Below are positions 20,714 to 29,962 of a stretch of DNA of 64,000 nucleotides, in pieces. Both the position numbers and the translations under genes were made by a program. The DNA is from a virus. Taxonomy: Duplodnaviria > Heunggongvirae > Uroviricota > Caudoviricetes. Positions within the stretch are counted from its first letter, which is position 1; each line of letters opens with the position of its first letter. The stretch is from the IMG/VR virus record IMGVR_UViG_3300006155_000234, one strand, 5' to 3'. Below the pieces are notes generated by a model, which saw nothing but the letters and a program-made list of their open reading frames with translations, did not search any database and had not been told where the DNA came from.

Positions 20714-21286
20714 ATGAATAAATGTATAGTTTGTGGAAAAGAGTTTGAACCTAAACCAGAATATAAAGAAAGAAAAACTTGTAGCTATTGGTGTTATTGT
20801 CAATGGGCTAGAGAACATATATCCCAAGGATTTAAAGATAATCAATTTATAAAAGGACAACCTTCATTTAATAAAGGAAAACCTCAAAAAGAATGGATGT
20901 CAAAGGAAAGTCAAGAAAAATGTAGTAAGACATATATACAATATCAAAATACAGCAGCATCTCCTTTGTCTAGTGAAGAAGGAGTGTTTTTACCTTATAA
21001 TACATTAAGAAAAGGAACAGTAGTAAAAAGGAAAAGCACTCATAGAAAAGGAAAAAATAAAGGAAAAGTTGAATGGAATTATTATATAAATATAGATTGG
21101 AGAGGAAATAGAAAACCTAATAATTTATATAAAAAGTATTTATGGGAATTGCATAATCAAAAGGATTTGCCTAAAGGTTATGTAGTTGTAACTAAAGATG
21201 GAAATCCAGATAACTTAGTAATTGAAAATCTTATGTTAATATCTAGAGCAGAATTATTAAGAAGAAATAATAGAGGTAGGAGGTGA
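20714..21286 (+). CDS. HNH_3-like homing-endonuclease-family protein with N-terminal zinc ribbon
   Basis: CIVCGKEF...CSYWCYC; C-terminal VVVTKDGNPDNLVIENLMLIS resembles the HNH_3 motif but with His replaced. Confidence 0.5.
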   Translation: MNKCIVCGKEFEPKPEYKERKTCSYWCYCQWAREHISQGFKDNQFIKGQPSFNKGKPQKEWMSKESQEKCSKTYIQYQNTAASPLSSEEGVFLPYNTLRKGTVVKRKSTHRKGKNKGKVEWNYYINIDWRGNRKPNNLYKKYLWELHNQKDLPKGYVVVTKDGNPDNLVIENLMLISRAELLRRNNRGRR

Positions 21287-21290
21287 TTAG

Positions 21291-21998
21291 ATGTTTTTAA
21301 CTAAGGAATTATCAAAATTGTTTGATAAGGATGAATGGAATACATCATTAAAAGTAGTACAAAAAAGTGTTGAGTTTAGTTTAACAGAAAAAGAACATAC
21401 TTGCGAAATAATTACACCATATTCAGATAATAAAATAGGGTATATAGAGTGTGGACATGTATTTGATTTAACTGAAATGGGTGTTAGTGAAAGGATAACT
21501 AATACAGATGCATTTTCTAAAGAATTTGAAGAATTTTGTATTAAAATAATAGATAAAAATTTTAAAATGTTTAGAAGTGAATACACAGTTAATGATTGGT
21601 TTAAATGTTTTATAAAAGAAGAGCATGGTAGTGGTGTTACATCATTATTCTGGTTATATTATAATCTATATGTATTTAGTTTAAGTGGAATAAGACATTT
21701 TGTAATTTCAAATATTGATGGTTTATTACATCCTGTATCTATGGTTCAGCTTGAAAAGGTACTTAAAGGATTTAAAAAAGATATATATTATAAAGACTAT
21801 AAAGTTATTTTATTAATGAATAATGATATTTTATTTTCTAACTGGACTATGGAAATTGAAAATCTTTATGTAATGCTTGAAGATAAAATATGTAATATTA
21901 GAAATTGTGTAGATAGAGAACTAAGTGAGGTACATGACTTGCAAAAGATGTTAAGACAAGGAGAGTTTACAAAAGAAAGGAAGATGGTTAATAAATGA
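21291..21998 (+). CDS. hypothetical protein
   Basis: ORF, RBS GGTAGGAGG. Confidence 0.5.
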   Translation: MFLTKELSKLFDKDEWNTSLKVVQKSVEFSLTEKEHTCEIITPYSDNKIGYIECGHVFDLTEMGVSERITNTDAFSKEFEEFCIKIIDKNFKMFRSEYTVNDWFKCFIKEEHGSGVTSLFWLYYNLYVFSLSGIRHFVISNIDGLLHPVSMVQLEKVLKGFKKDIYYKDYKVILLMNNDILFSNWTMEIENLYVMLEDKICNIRNCVDRELSEVHDLQKMLRQGEFTKERKMVNK

Positions 21999-22164
21999 CA
22001 GCAGAAGGAATATTTAGAAAATATGCAGATAAAAATGGACTAGTAAGTGCAAAAGATTTATTAAAAGAAGGATGGAGTGTTTCAAAAGCAGAGAATGAAG
22101 GAATTATAATAAAAGAAACATTTTATGATTTAAAAGAAAAATAAAATTAAAGGAGAGATTTAAA

Positions 22165-22605
22165 ATGAACAAAGAATGTAGTAATTGTAAAGGAAATTGT
22201 AGCAATGAAGTAGAGTACACAGATGTACATAAGGGTATGCAGAAAATGTTAGTTGAGGCTGTTACGTCATATTTATTTTCAGAAGAGGCAAATTTATTTG
22301 GTGTAAATAAGTTAGTATTTGAAAAGATTGTAACTGAAGATAGTATTAGAATAGAATCTTCGTTTTTAGTAAAAGAATCTGATAATTGTTTAGAATGTGA
22401 AGATGAGAGCGAAGATTATGAAGACGAAGATTATGAAGATGAGGAAGATGAAGATACTTTAAATTCAAAGAAAGATTTTGCAGAATTTTTAATTGATTTT
22501 TATAAATTTTTAGAAGCTCATAATGGGGAGGATTTTATAGGTGGAAAAACAGAATCAAAACCAAAATCAAAAAGAGGTAGAAAAAAGAAATCAACAGAAG
22601 AATAA
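22165..22605 (+). CDS. hypothetical acidic protein with CxxC pairs
   Basis: ORF, RBS AAAGGAGAG. Confidence 0.5.
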   Translation: MNKECSNCKGNCSNEVEYTDVHKGMQKMLVEAVTSYLFSEEANLFGVNKLVFEKIVTEDSIRIESSFLVKESDNCLECEDESEDYEDEDYEDEEDEDTLNSKKDFAEFLIDFYKFLEAHNGEDFIGGKTESKPKSKRGRKKKSTEE

Positions 22606-22906
22606 TATTATAGATATAACTAAAGCAAGAAAGATTGTTAATGCTAATAAAAATAATATGAAAAAAGAAGTAGTTGAAGAAATTCCAATAGGAAGTAAAC
22701 CTATAACACCAGATGAATTATTAGAAGAAATACTAGAATCATTTGCTATGGGAAGCTTAGATATAGTACAAAGTATAATAACATTATTTTTAGCTTCTGA
22801 AAATGCAATAAGACTTAATATTATTGGTGTTGTAGTAATGGTTGAAAATGGTAAAGTTATATTTGATTGGAAATTTGGTGAAAGGAGTATTCCTTATGGA
22901 AAATAA
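22541..22906 (+). CDS. hypothetical protein (start uncertain; overlaps upstream gene by 65 nt in another frame)
   Basis: ORF track; the true start may be an internal ATG near 22658. Confidence 0.35.
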   Translation: MEKQNQNQNQKEVEKRNQQKNNIIDITKARKIVNANKNNMKKEVVEEIPIGSKPITPDELLEEILESFAMGSLDIVQSIITLFLASENAIRLNIIGVVVMVENGKVIFDWKFGERSIPYGK

Positions 22907-23231
22907 TGAAATTAAAGATAGTGGAATATTAGGGTATTCTAAGTTAGATGAAATAGAAGATTTAAGAAAACAATTAGAAGAAAAGGATGAAAAGATTAAA
23001 GAATTACAAGAAGAAATAGATGAATTAAAAGATGCAAATAATGATTATGAAAGAGAACTATTAGATGCAGAAAATATTATATCAAAATATGAAGAAGATT
23101 TTGATAAAGATATGATAGTAAATGATACATTAGTTTGTTTAGCAAAACACATGACTAAGGATGGTATATTGACACCAGAATTAGAAGAATGGTTAGATAA
23201 TTTTGGTAGATTTTATGCAGATGAAATCTAA
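22896..23231 (+). CDS. hypothetical coiled-coil protein
   Basis: Start moved to the ATG behind GAAAGGAG; EEKDEKIKELQEEIDELK heptads. Confidence 0.5.
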   Translation: MENNEIKDSGILGYSKLDEIEDLRKQLEEKDEKIKELQEEIDELKDANNDYERELLDAENIISKYEEDFDKDMIVNDTLVCLAKHMTKDGILTPELEEWLDNFGRFYADEI

Positions 23232-23246
23232 GAAAGGATTAAAATT

Positions 23247-23615
23247 ATGGTTAAATTAGGTTATGCAAGAACAAGTGAAGGTGGATTTTATGGTGTAGAC
23301 TTATCAAGTGGAGAACCAATACTATTATGTTGTAATAAAAGTATATATGAAGATGTTTCAGGAGATGAGAAAGTTATTAAAGTTGTAGAAGCAGAAGATA
23401 TATGTGAAATATTACAAGTAGATGATTTTGTAAATGGTTATCCAATAGATGATATTAATGTTCAAGGTAGAATAATATATTGTGGTGATTATCAACATGA
23501 ATTTACACCAGAGCAAGTAGTAGATGTCATGACTAAAGAAAGATTTATTAGTAATAGATTTGTAGTTGCAAATGCAATAAACAGAGCGAAACAAATAGAT
23601 AGTGAAGGTTGGTAA
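23247..23615 (+). CDS. hypothetical protein
   Basis: ORF, RBS AAAGGA. Confidence 0.5.
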   Translation: MVKLGYARTSEGGFYGVDLSSGEPILLCCNKSIYEDVSGDEKVIKVVEAEDICEILQVDDFVNGYPIDDINVQGRIIYCGDYQHEFTPEQVVDVMTKERFISNRFVVANAINRAKQIDSEGW

Positions 23616-23616
23616 A

Positions 23617-24279
23617 ATGAAATTTAAGGATTTATCAAATGAAGAATTACAGAAAGATTTTAAGAAATTATTAAGTAGATATACACCAGATGAATTAGTG
23701 AAATCATTAGAGCCATATAAAATAGAAACAGATGAAAAATATAAGTTTATACTATATTTAGATATGGATGGTGTAACTGCAGGTAGTAATTATATAATAA
23801 AAATCCATAATGCTTTAGTTCATAAAGAAGATGAAAATAAAGATTTTGAATATAGAAATTTTATGCAACAATGGTGTTTTCAAAAGGAAGCAGTTGAATT
23901 TTTAAATAAGTTATATGATGTTGCACCATATACAATTATATTAACAACTACAAGAAGATATGAATTGACACCAACAGAATGGAATACAGTTTTTAAGATA
24001 AATAAAGTTAAAGCCTATATAGGTGGTAGGACTAATAGAATACCAAAAGAAAATTATATATCTTGGAGAGAAGATGAAATAGAAGATTATCATTTTAAAG
24101 GAAGTGGAATGTTTACATTTAAAAATATACCTTTTCTAATTATAGATGATGATATATTTGATTTATATAAGTATGGAGATAATTTAATACATGTAGATAC
24201 AGAAACAGGTTTAACTATGGATTATTTTCAAGAGGCATTAGATAAATTAAAAGCACAAGATGTTAAAATAAATATATAG
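23617..24279 (+). CDS. HAD-superfamily hydrolase (5'(3')-nucleotidase/phosphatase-like)
   Basis: HAD motif I LYLDMDGVT, motif II IILTTTR, motif IV FLIIDDD. Confidence 0.5.
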   Translation: MKFKDLSNEELQKDFKKLLSRYTPDELVKSLEPYKIETDEKYKFILYLDMDGVTAGSNYIIKIHNALVHKEDENKDFEYRNFMQQWCFQKEAVEFLNKLYDVAPYTIILTTTRRYELTPTEWNTVFKINKVKAYIGGRTNRIPKENYISWREDEIEDYHFKGSGMFTFKNIPFLIIDDDIFDLYKYGDNLIHVDTETGLTMDYFQEALDKLKAQDVKINI

Positions 24280-24291
24280 GAGAATAGTAAT

Positions 24292-24582
24292 ATGGAAGAT
24301 GTGAATAAGATAAAAGAAATCTTAAATGATATAATTAATAATATTACATCAGGAGAAAGAAACGAGCAAAAGCTTATTGATTTTATTATTGATACTGAAA
24401 GTGATATGTTAGATGGTACAGATAGTAATGGACAACATATTATAATTGGAATACAAAAGGGAGTAGGACTACAAATATCCACATATCAAGATAATGGTTG
24501 GATTAGAATACACAGATTTGAAATAATTGAAAATGAGGAAGGAAATCCAGAAATACAAGAATCTGAAACTTATGAAAAATAA
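24292..24582 (+). CDS. hypothetical protein
   Basis: ORF, RBS TAGGAGAA. Confidence 0.5.
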   Translation: MEDVNKIKEILNDIINNITSGERNEQKLIDFIIDTESDMLDGTDSNGQHIIIGIQKGVGLQISTYQDNGWIRIHRFEIIENEEGNPEIQESETYEK

Positions 24583-24603
24583 ATAATTTATACAAGAAGG
24601 AAG

Positions 24604-25194
24604 GTGATTAAAATAGACTTTGATACTATTTCACATGTAAGATTAGGTGATATTGCAGATGTATTTAAAGGACAGCAGATATTGGAATCAGATACTGGAA
24701 CAGAGGCACGATTGATTTCATATAATGATTTATTTACAACATTTATAGGTGGAAAAATAGATACACCTGTTAAAACTTATAACTTTAGTAAGAAGCGTAA
24801 AGATTGTATGGTGAAAGCAACAGACATAGTATTTCCAGTATTTCCAAATAGATACTGTACACTTATTGTTAAATCAAACCCTTTTATAAAACCTTATTTT
24901 TTAAACGATGTATATGATAGTTCAAATATAATTGTAAGAGTAAATAGAGATATAGTTTATGAGGATTATGTATATCAAGTACTTACATCTACAAAGATGT
25001 TTGAGAAAATACATAGATTGTCTAAGAATAAAAAACAAAAAAGACTTACTGTAGCAGATATATCAAATATTACTATTCCTTTAATTTCATTAGAAGAACA
25101 ACGAATTATAATGAATTCTTTTAGAAGAATGAAAGATGCATCTGATTATTATTATGAATTAATAGATACATTATTTAAGCAAGAAGGTGATTAA
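24604..25194 (+). CDS. orphan half HsdS-like protein (single target-recognition domain of a type I R-M specificity subunit)
   Basis: VRLGDIADVFKGQQI...VFPVFP...ITIPLISLEEQRIIMNSF matches the HsdS TRD plus conserved-helix pattern. GTG start; no HsdM/HsdR nearby. Confidence 0.5.
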   Translation: MIKIDFDTISHVRLGDIADVFKGQQILESDTGTEARLISYNDLFTTFIGGKIDTPVKTYNFSKKRKDCMVKATDIVFPVFPNRYCTLIVKSNPFIKPYFLNDVYDSSNIIVRVNRDIVYEDYVYQVLTSTKMFEKIHRLSKNKKQKRLTVADISNITIPLISLEEQRIIMNSFRRMKDASDYYYELIDTLFKQEGD

Positions 25195-25196
25195 AA

Positions 25197-26741
25197 ATGG
25201 CAGATATAGATAAACAAAGAAAAAATAATATATTTAAAGGTATAAAGTACCATGTAAATGAATTAAAAAGATTGAGACCACAATATGAGTTTTTAATGGT
25301 AGCCTTACAAGGAAGTCAAAATTATAATTTAGATTTATATACAGATGAGTATAAATCTGATATAGATACAGTAGCTATTGTATTACCTACCTTTGAAAAC
25401 TTAATAAATAAGGATGAATATATATCTGAAACAATAATATTAGATAATAATGAACATATAGATGTTAAAGATATTAGGTTAATAACAGAATTATTTAGAA
25501 AACAAAATATAAAATATCTTGAAATATTACATACAGAATTTAGAATATTAAACCCATTATTTAAAAATGATATGTTAGAAATATTAGATAATGCTGATAT
25601 GATTTCTAGTGCAAATCCAGTAAAATTAATAGTTTGTACTTATGGTATGGCTTTAAATAAATTAGAAGCATTAGAACATCCTTATGAAGGGTTGAGAGAT
25701 AAGATAGAAAAATATGGATATGATGGAAAACAATTACATCATATACTAAGATTAAATTTATTTGCAGAAAAATATATAGAAACATTTGATTTTAAAAAAT
25801 CTATGAATTCCCATAATTATATGGAAGATAATATTGAAGTTTTAACTAATGCTAAATTAAGCAAATATTCATTAGAAGAAGCAAGAGATTTGGCAAATGA
25901 TAGTATAAATCAATTAAAGTCACATAGAAATATGTTTTTTAATGAAGTAAATAGTGAAGACATGGTTAAAGAATTTTTAAGTAAAATCTCTGTTAAAATA
26001 TTTGAAAAATATTTAAGAAATATTTTTACACCAAAAAGAAATAAATGGAGAAGAAAAAGCGGTCTATCGTTACCAACCTCAGATAAAATATTTTTTACAT
26101 CTGACTTACATTTTGGACATGAAAATATATTAGACTTTGAACCAAAAAGATGGGAGTTATGTGGAATAACCCAACATCAAGCAATAGTAAATAAATTAAA
26201 AGATGAAGGTTTGACAAATGAAGAAATTTATAATATACCAGATGACCTTTGGGATAAATATAAAATGGAGGTTAATAAGGAATATATAAAAATTCATGAT
26301 GAAGAACTTATAAGAAGATGGAATAGTACAGTAAAACATGATGATGATTTAGTGTTCATATTAGGTGATTTATCATTTAGAAATAGTAAAGAAACTAATG
26401 AAATTGTTAAGAGATTACGAGGTAGAAAGATACTTATATTAGGAAATCATGATAATATATGTATTGGAAAAGATTTTGACCAGTCTTTATTTGAGGAGAT
26501 AGTTGATTATAAAGAAATAACAGTCAATAATAAGAAATACATATTATTTCATTTTCCAATATCTTCATGGAAACAAAAAGAATATGGTAGCACTCATCTA
26601 TATGGGCATATTCATAGCAATAGCCATATTATAAAAAAGATTAAAAATTCATATAATGTTGGTGTAGATGTTAATAATTTTAAGCCAGTATGTTTAAGTG
26701 AATATGAGGCATTTAGTAGAATTTATAAAAAAATTAAATAA
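25197..26741 (+). CDS. fusion protein: N-terminal Pol-beta-superfamily nucleotidyltransferase + C-terminal calcineurin-like metallophosphoesterase
   Basis: N-terminal GSQNYNLDLYTDEYKSDIDTVAIV (GS...[DE]hDh NTase signature); C-terminal FFTSDLHFGHENI, FILGDLSF, ILGNHD, GHIHS. Confidence 0.6.
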   Translation: MADIDKQRKNNIFKGIKYHVNELKRLRPQYEFLMVALQGSQNYNLDLYTDEYKSDIDTVAIVLPTFENLINKDEYISETIILDNNEHIDVKDIRLITELFRKQNIKYLEILHTEFRILNPLFKNDMLEILDNADMISSANPVKLIVCTYGMALNKLEALEHPYEGLRDKIEKYGYDGKQLHHILRLNLFAEKYIETFDFKKSMNSHNYMEDNIEVLTNAKLSKYSLEEARDLANDSINQLKSHRNMFFNEVNSEDMVKEFLSKISVKIFEKYLRNIFTPKRNKWRRKSGLSLPTSDKIFFTSDLHFGHENILDFEPKRWELCGITQHQAIVNKLKDEGLTNEEIYNIPDDLWDKYKMEVNKEYIKIHDEELIRRWNSTVKHDDDLVFILGDLSFRNSKETNEIVKRLRGRKILILGNHDNICIGKDFDQSLFEEIVDYKEITVNNKKYILFHFPISSWKQKEYGSTHLYGHIHSNSHIIKKIKNSYNVGVDVNNFKPVCLSEYEAFSRIYKKIK

Positions 26742-26757
26742 AAAATTTAAAAAATGC

Positions 26758-26789
26758 TTGACATATATTTAAACTTGTGGTAATATAAT
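26758..26789 (+). promoter_or_regulatory. sigma-A-type promoter (P5) driving the tRNA/ncRNA array
   Basis: aaaaatgcTTGACAtatatttaaacttgtggTAATATAAT. Confidence 0.55.
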
Positions 26790-27306
26790 CATGACGGAGA
26801 AAGTTGTAGCCTCTAGTGAACAAAGCTGACTGTTTGAAATGTAGAGTGATGGTTCTACTGCATAAGAAAACCAGCTCAAAAATCTTATGTATCGTTTAAT
26901 AACAAGAGTAATCTTGTAGGACACAAACACTGGATTAAATATAATAGGGTGACAAGTACCAATTTTGCAAGTTGGGAGGGTTTCAATTCCCTAGAGAGTG
27001 ATTAGGCTCTCACAGATATATGGGTTGATAGTTTAAATGGTAAAACAATCTGCTATTGCAGAGAGTTAAGGTTCGAGTCCTGCAATACCCTGAAAAAGTA
27101 CCAAAGTGTATGTGGTACTAAACAGAGTTGTACACAAATCAACTAAAATAAAACTAGATATTAGTATGTATGGAATATCTGGACTAAAACTTTGTAGATA
27201 TGTATTGCTATGACCATACACAAGAGAATTGCAATATGAAGGTAATATCCGTTCTACTGGGACTAAAGTTAGTTGTTTATGAATCTCACCAATTTAAAAA
27301 TATAAT

Positions 27307-27399
27307 GGTAAGGTGGGTGAGTAGGTTTAAACCATCTCTCTGCTAAGGAGACATACATTTAATTATGTATCGAGGGTTCGAATCCCTCCCTTATCGCCA
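27307..27399 (+). tRNA. tRNA-Ser (anticodon GCT), long variable arm, CCA encoded
   Basis: Acceptor ggtaagg/ccttatc (one G-U); anticodon stem tctct/ggaga, loop ctGCTaa; variable-arm hairpin atacat/atgtat; T arm gaggg-ttcgaat-ccctc. Confidence 0.65.
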
Positions 27400-27574
27400 T
27401 AAAGATGTTATATATTATGTATAAGTAATATATAATCTATTTCATAGGGTTCTCAAAGGTGAACAAAATAGAGCATGAGATGAAATAGATTAATCATAGT
27501 TTAGTCTATGAAAAATAAATAATGCTCGATGTGTGGTTGATGATATACCTTAAATCATTTGTATATATATATAT

Positions 27575-27657
27575 CGAGTATGGTGTATGGTGCACGGCAT
27601 CCAACAGGTGGATGATGGAATTGGTTTGAATCCAATGTACTCGACCAGCCTTTAATT
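27575..27657 (+). tRNA. tRNA-like gene (type uncertain; candidate anticodon loop aaCAGgt)
   Basis: Acceptor cgagtat/gtactcg, discriminator a, CCA; T arm attgg-tttgaat-ccaat. The D region is irregular. Confidence 0.35.
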
Positions 27658-27680
27658 AGGTAATGCTAATAATTTAATAC

Positions 27681-27756
27681 TGCGAGGTGGAGAAGTTGGC
27701 ATCTCACTAGCCTCATAAGCTAGAGTTCGCTGGTTCGAATCCAGCCCTCGCACCCA
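27681..27756 (+). tRNA. tRNA-Met/Ile2 type (anticodon CAT), CCA encoded
   Basis: Acceptor tgcgagg/cctcgca; anticodon stem ctagc/gctag, loop ctCATaa; T arm gctgg-ttcgaat-ccagc. Confidence 0.75.
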
Positions 27757-27761
27757 ATATA

Positions 27762-27836
27762 GCAGGGTGGTGTAATATAGCATAGCTGAGCCCATATTTC
27801 GGACGATGTTGGTTCAAATCCAACCCCTGCGACCAA
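27762..27836 (+). tRNA. tRNA-like gene, possibly degenerate (anticodon arm not foldable by eye)
   Basis: T arm gttgg-ttcaaat-ccaac, then 3' acceptor ccctgcg, a, CCA pairing with 5' (a)gcaggg. Confidence 0.3.
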
Positions 27837-27996
27837 ATAACACCTGCTGCATGTATGAAAATATATGTATAGGAGAAAGTGGTTCGAATCCATAACAGGT
27901 GATATGCAAAAATAAAGTAGGTTAATATAGTATCTCGCATTAGATATAAAATTTATATTTGACGTCAATATAATTTACTCCTACTTTACATTATAC

Positions 27997-28067
27997 CCTT
28001 TGATAGTTTAGTGGGAAAATCCCCTGTATGCGACAGGGAGTCAATGGTTCGAATCCATTTCAAAGGC
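27997..28067 (+). tRNA. tRNA (anticodon probably TGC; identity uncertain), no encoded CCA
   Basis: Acceptor cctttga/tcaaagg; D stem gttt/aaat; anticodon stem ccctg/caggg, loop taTGCga; T arm aatgg-ttcgaat-ccatt. Confidence 0.55.
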
Positions 28068-28155
28068 AAGTCTAAAATATATAGGCAGAATTCACTATAT
28101 AGAGATTAGGCAAAAAGATGCTGAGAGCTGCAGAAATCAAGCATCTTTTTAATAT

Positions 28156-28227
28156 AGTCATTTAGTTTAGTAGGAAAAATTACTTTACTAATGTAAGGAG
28201 AGGTTGGTTCGAATCCAACAATGGCTG
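28156..28227 (+). tRNA. tRNA-like gene (anticodon uncertain)
   Basis: Acceptor agtcatt/aatggct (one U-G); D stem gttt/aaat; T arm gttgg-ttcgaat-ccaac. Anticodon stem imperfect. Confidence 0.4.
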
Positions 28228-28250
28228 TAAATAAAAATAGGGCATAGTGG

Positions 28251-28342
28251 CAGAGTTTGGTTTAATGCACCAGTCTTGAAAACTGGCAATCCAGAAATGG
28301 GTTCCTAGGTTCAAATCCTAGCTATGTCGCCATAACAGGTTC
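28251..28342 (+). tRNA. tRNA-Ser (anticodon TGA), long variable arm, CCA encoded
   Basis: Acceptor ggcatag/ctatgtc; anticodon stem ccagt/actgg, loop ctTGAaa; T arm ctagg-ttcaaat-cctag. Confidence 0.7.
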
Positions 28343-28471
28343 AACTTGGTGGGAATAGCACTTCAAGAGCCTAAAGAAAGCCAATCCCACAGGATAATAA
28401 CCTATCTAAATAACAAATATATGAGTAGTGGTTTAAAGAAAGTATATTTGTTACTTGGGTAAATAATTATA

Positions 28472-28506
28472 AATAAGTAGGTTTATTCCTACTTATTTTT
28501 ATTTTC
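28472..28506 (+). terminator. rho-independent terminator closing the tRNA array
   Basis: 10-bp stem aataagtagg/cctacttatt followed by T-rich run. Confidence 0.65.
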
Positions 28507-28514
28507 AAAAATGC

Positions 28515-28543
28515 TTGACATATTTTAAAACTTATAGTATAAT
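28515..28543 (+). promoter_or_regulatory. sigma-A-type promoter TTGACA-17-TATAAT (P6)
   Basis: aaaaatgcTTGACAtattttaaaacttatagTATAAT. Confidence 0.6.
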
Positions 28544-28586
28544 AGATATAAGAAGATGTTATAATATTTGTAGGAAGGTGTTATAA

Positions 28587-29075
28587 ATGGCAAATGAATT
28601 AATAATTAAAAATATAAACAATATAGATATAGATTTATTATCAACAGAAGATTTAGTAGAATTAAAAGATTGTGTAGTAAATACTATAAATTTAAGTAAA
28701 TTGAATGAGGATATTGCGAAAGCATGTATGAATTTAAGTCAGGTAGGACCACCATCATTTATGGCAGATGTTGTATATATTGCAATGGACAATCAAAAAA
28801 GATTAGATATAATCTATATGCTAATGAATAATTTTAATTTATTTAAAAATGATGTTAAAAACTTCAAAAGAAATAAAAATGATTGTAATGATAATATAGA
28901 ATATGTATATAGTTTTCTTGGTAGAACACAAAGTCTAATAAAATCAATTATAGATTTTGGAGATTTCAAAAAGAATGAATATGAAGAAAATCAAAAGCAA
29001 GTAAAATTAAATGCAGAAAGAGTTGAAAAATTACAAAAAGAACAACAGAAAAGATTAAAGAAAGGAGATAATTAA
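28587..29075 (+). CDS. hypothetical protein
   Basis: ORF, RBS GGAAGGTG. Confidence 0.5.
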   Translation: MANELIIKNINNIDIDLLSTEDLVELKDCVVNTINLSKLNEDIAKACMNLSQVGPPSFMADVVYIAMDNQKRLDIIYMLMNNFNLFKNDVKNFKRNKNDCNDNIEYVYSFLGRTQSLIKSIIDFGDFKKNEYEENQKQVKLNAERVEKLQKEQQKRLKKGDN

Positions 29076-29208
29076 TGGAACCTGATTTACAACATATTAA
29101 TTATGAGTATCAAGAAAGACAGAGAAAGAAAAATGTAAAAGAATATCAAGATAGATTTTTTAAAAATCTAAGTAAAAGAAGCAATAAAAAGAAAAGGAAG
29201 TGATTAAA

Positions 29209-29610
29209 ATGATTATAAGAACAAGTTTTAGTGATAATGATTATACAGAAGATTTAAAGAACTATTGGGATAGATTTTGGTTTAAAAATTATTATAGTGC
29301 TTCCGATAAATATAAATATTTAGATGATTATGATAGTTTATTAAAATATAGAGAACTCTATATTGAAGCACATGATTTATTAGATAAAGTATTTTTAGAT
29401 AAAGATAAATTAACTAATGCAGATATTGAAAAGTTTATTGAAGTTATTAGAAAAAGTATATTAGCATATATAGAAAAAGAACATTTAGATAGTATTAAAT
29501 ATTTAACTACATCTCTTTCAATAGATATAGTTGATGGAGTAGAAGATAAATGTGAAAATGGAGAAGTTATTTACTACTTTTTAGAAACTAAGCAAATGGT
29601 TATATTATAG
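29209..29610 (+). CDS. hypothetical protein
   Basis: ORF; ATG behind AGGAAG (the track's GTG start at 29200 is also possible). Confidence 0.5.
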   Translation: MIIRTSFSDNDYTEDLKNYWDRFWFKNYYSASDKYKYLDDYDSLLKYRELYIEAHDLLDKVFLDKDKLTNADIEKFIEVIRKSILAYIEKEHLDSIKYLTTSLSIDIVDGVEDKCENGEVIYYFLETKQMVIL

Positions 29611-29622
29611 GAGGAACAAAAC

Positions 29623-29961
29623 ATGGCATATTATGATGGTATTTCAGATATAATTAAAAATTATATAGATATAGGAAGTTATGAAAACTTAAAATATAGT
29701 AGAACTAATCTAAACAAAATAATAAAATGGACATCATCAAAGTATAATGAATTTACAAAAGATGAAGTAATCCAAGATTTAGTTGCTAGGATAAATTTAT
29801 ATGCAAGTGTTATTTGGAGATATAGATGTGGTTCCTATGCAGAAGGAAATCATAATAGAGGTAAATCTTATGTATTATATATAAAGGATTATGATAATAT
29901 TTTTATAATATGTATATATGAACCAAAAAATATAAAAGTATATAAGTTGGAGGTAGATTAA
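29623..29961 (+). CDS. hypothetical protein
   Basis: ORF, RBS TAGGAGGA. Confidence 0.5.
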   Translation: MAYYDGISDIIKNYIDIGSYENLKYSRTNLNKIIKWTSSKYNEFTKDEVIQDLVARINLYASVIWRYRCGSYAEGNHNRGKSYVLYIKDYDNIFIICIYEPKNIKVYKLEVD

Positions 29962-29962
29962 T

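Noticed and set aside
27012-27082. tRNA-like unit with a good T-loop-like GGTTCGAGTCC and a 7-bp attgcag/ctgcaat stem.
   Set aside because: No acceptor stem can be paired (5' gggttga versus 3' caataccc), and the T stem has only 3 bp, so it was left as unexplained structured RNA and not called a tRNA.
27713-27968. Minus-strand ORFs 27713-27940 and 27720-27968.
   Set aside because: They overlap the tRNA genes at 27681-27836; their translations (GFEPANSSL, GFEPTSSEI) are simply the T-arm GGTTCGAATCC read backwards.
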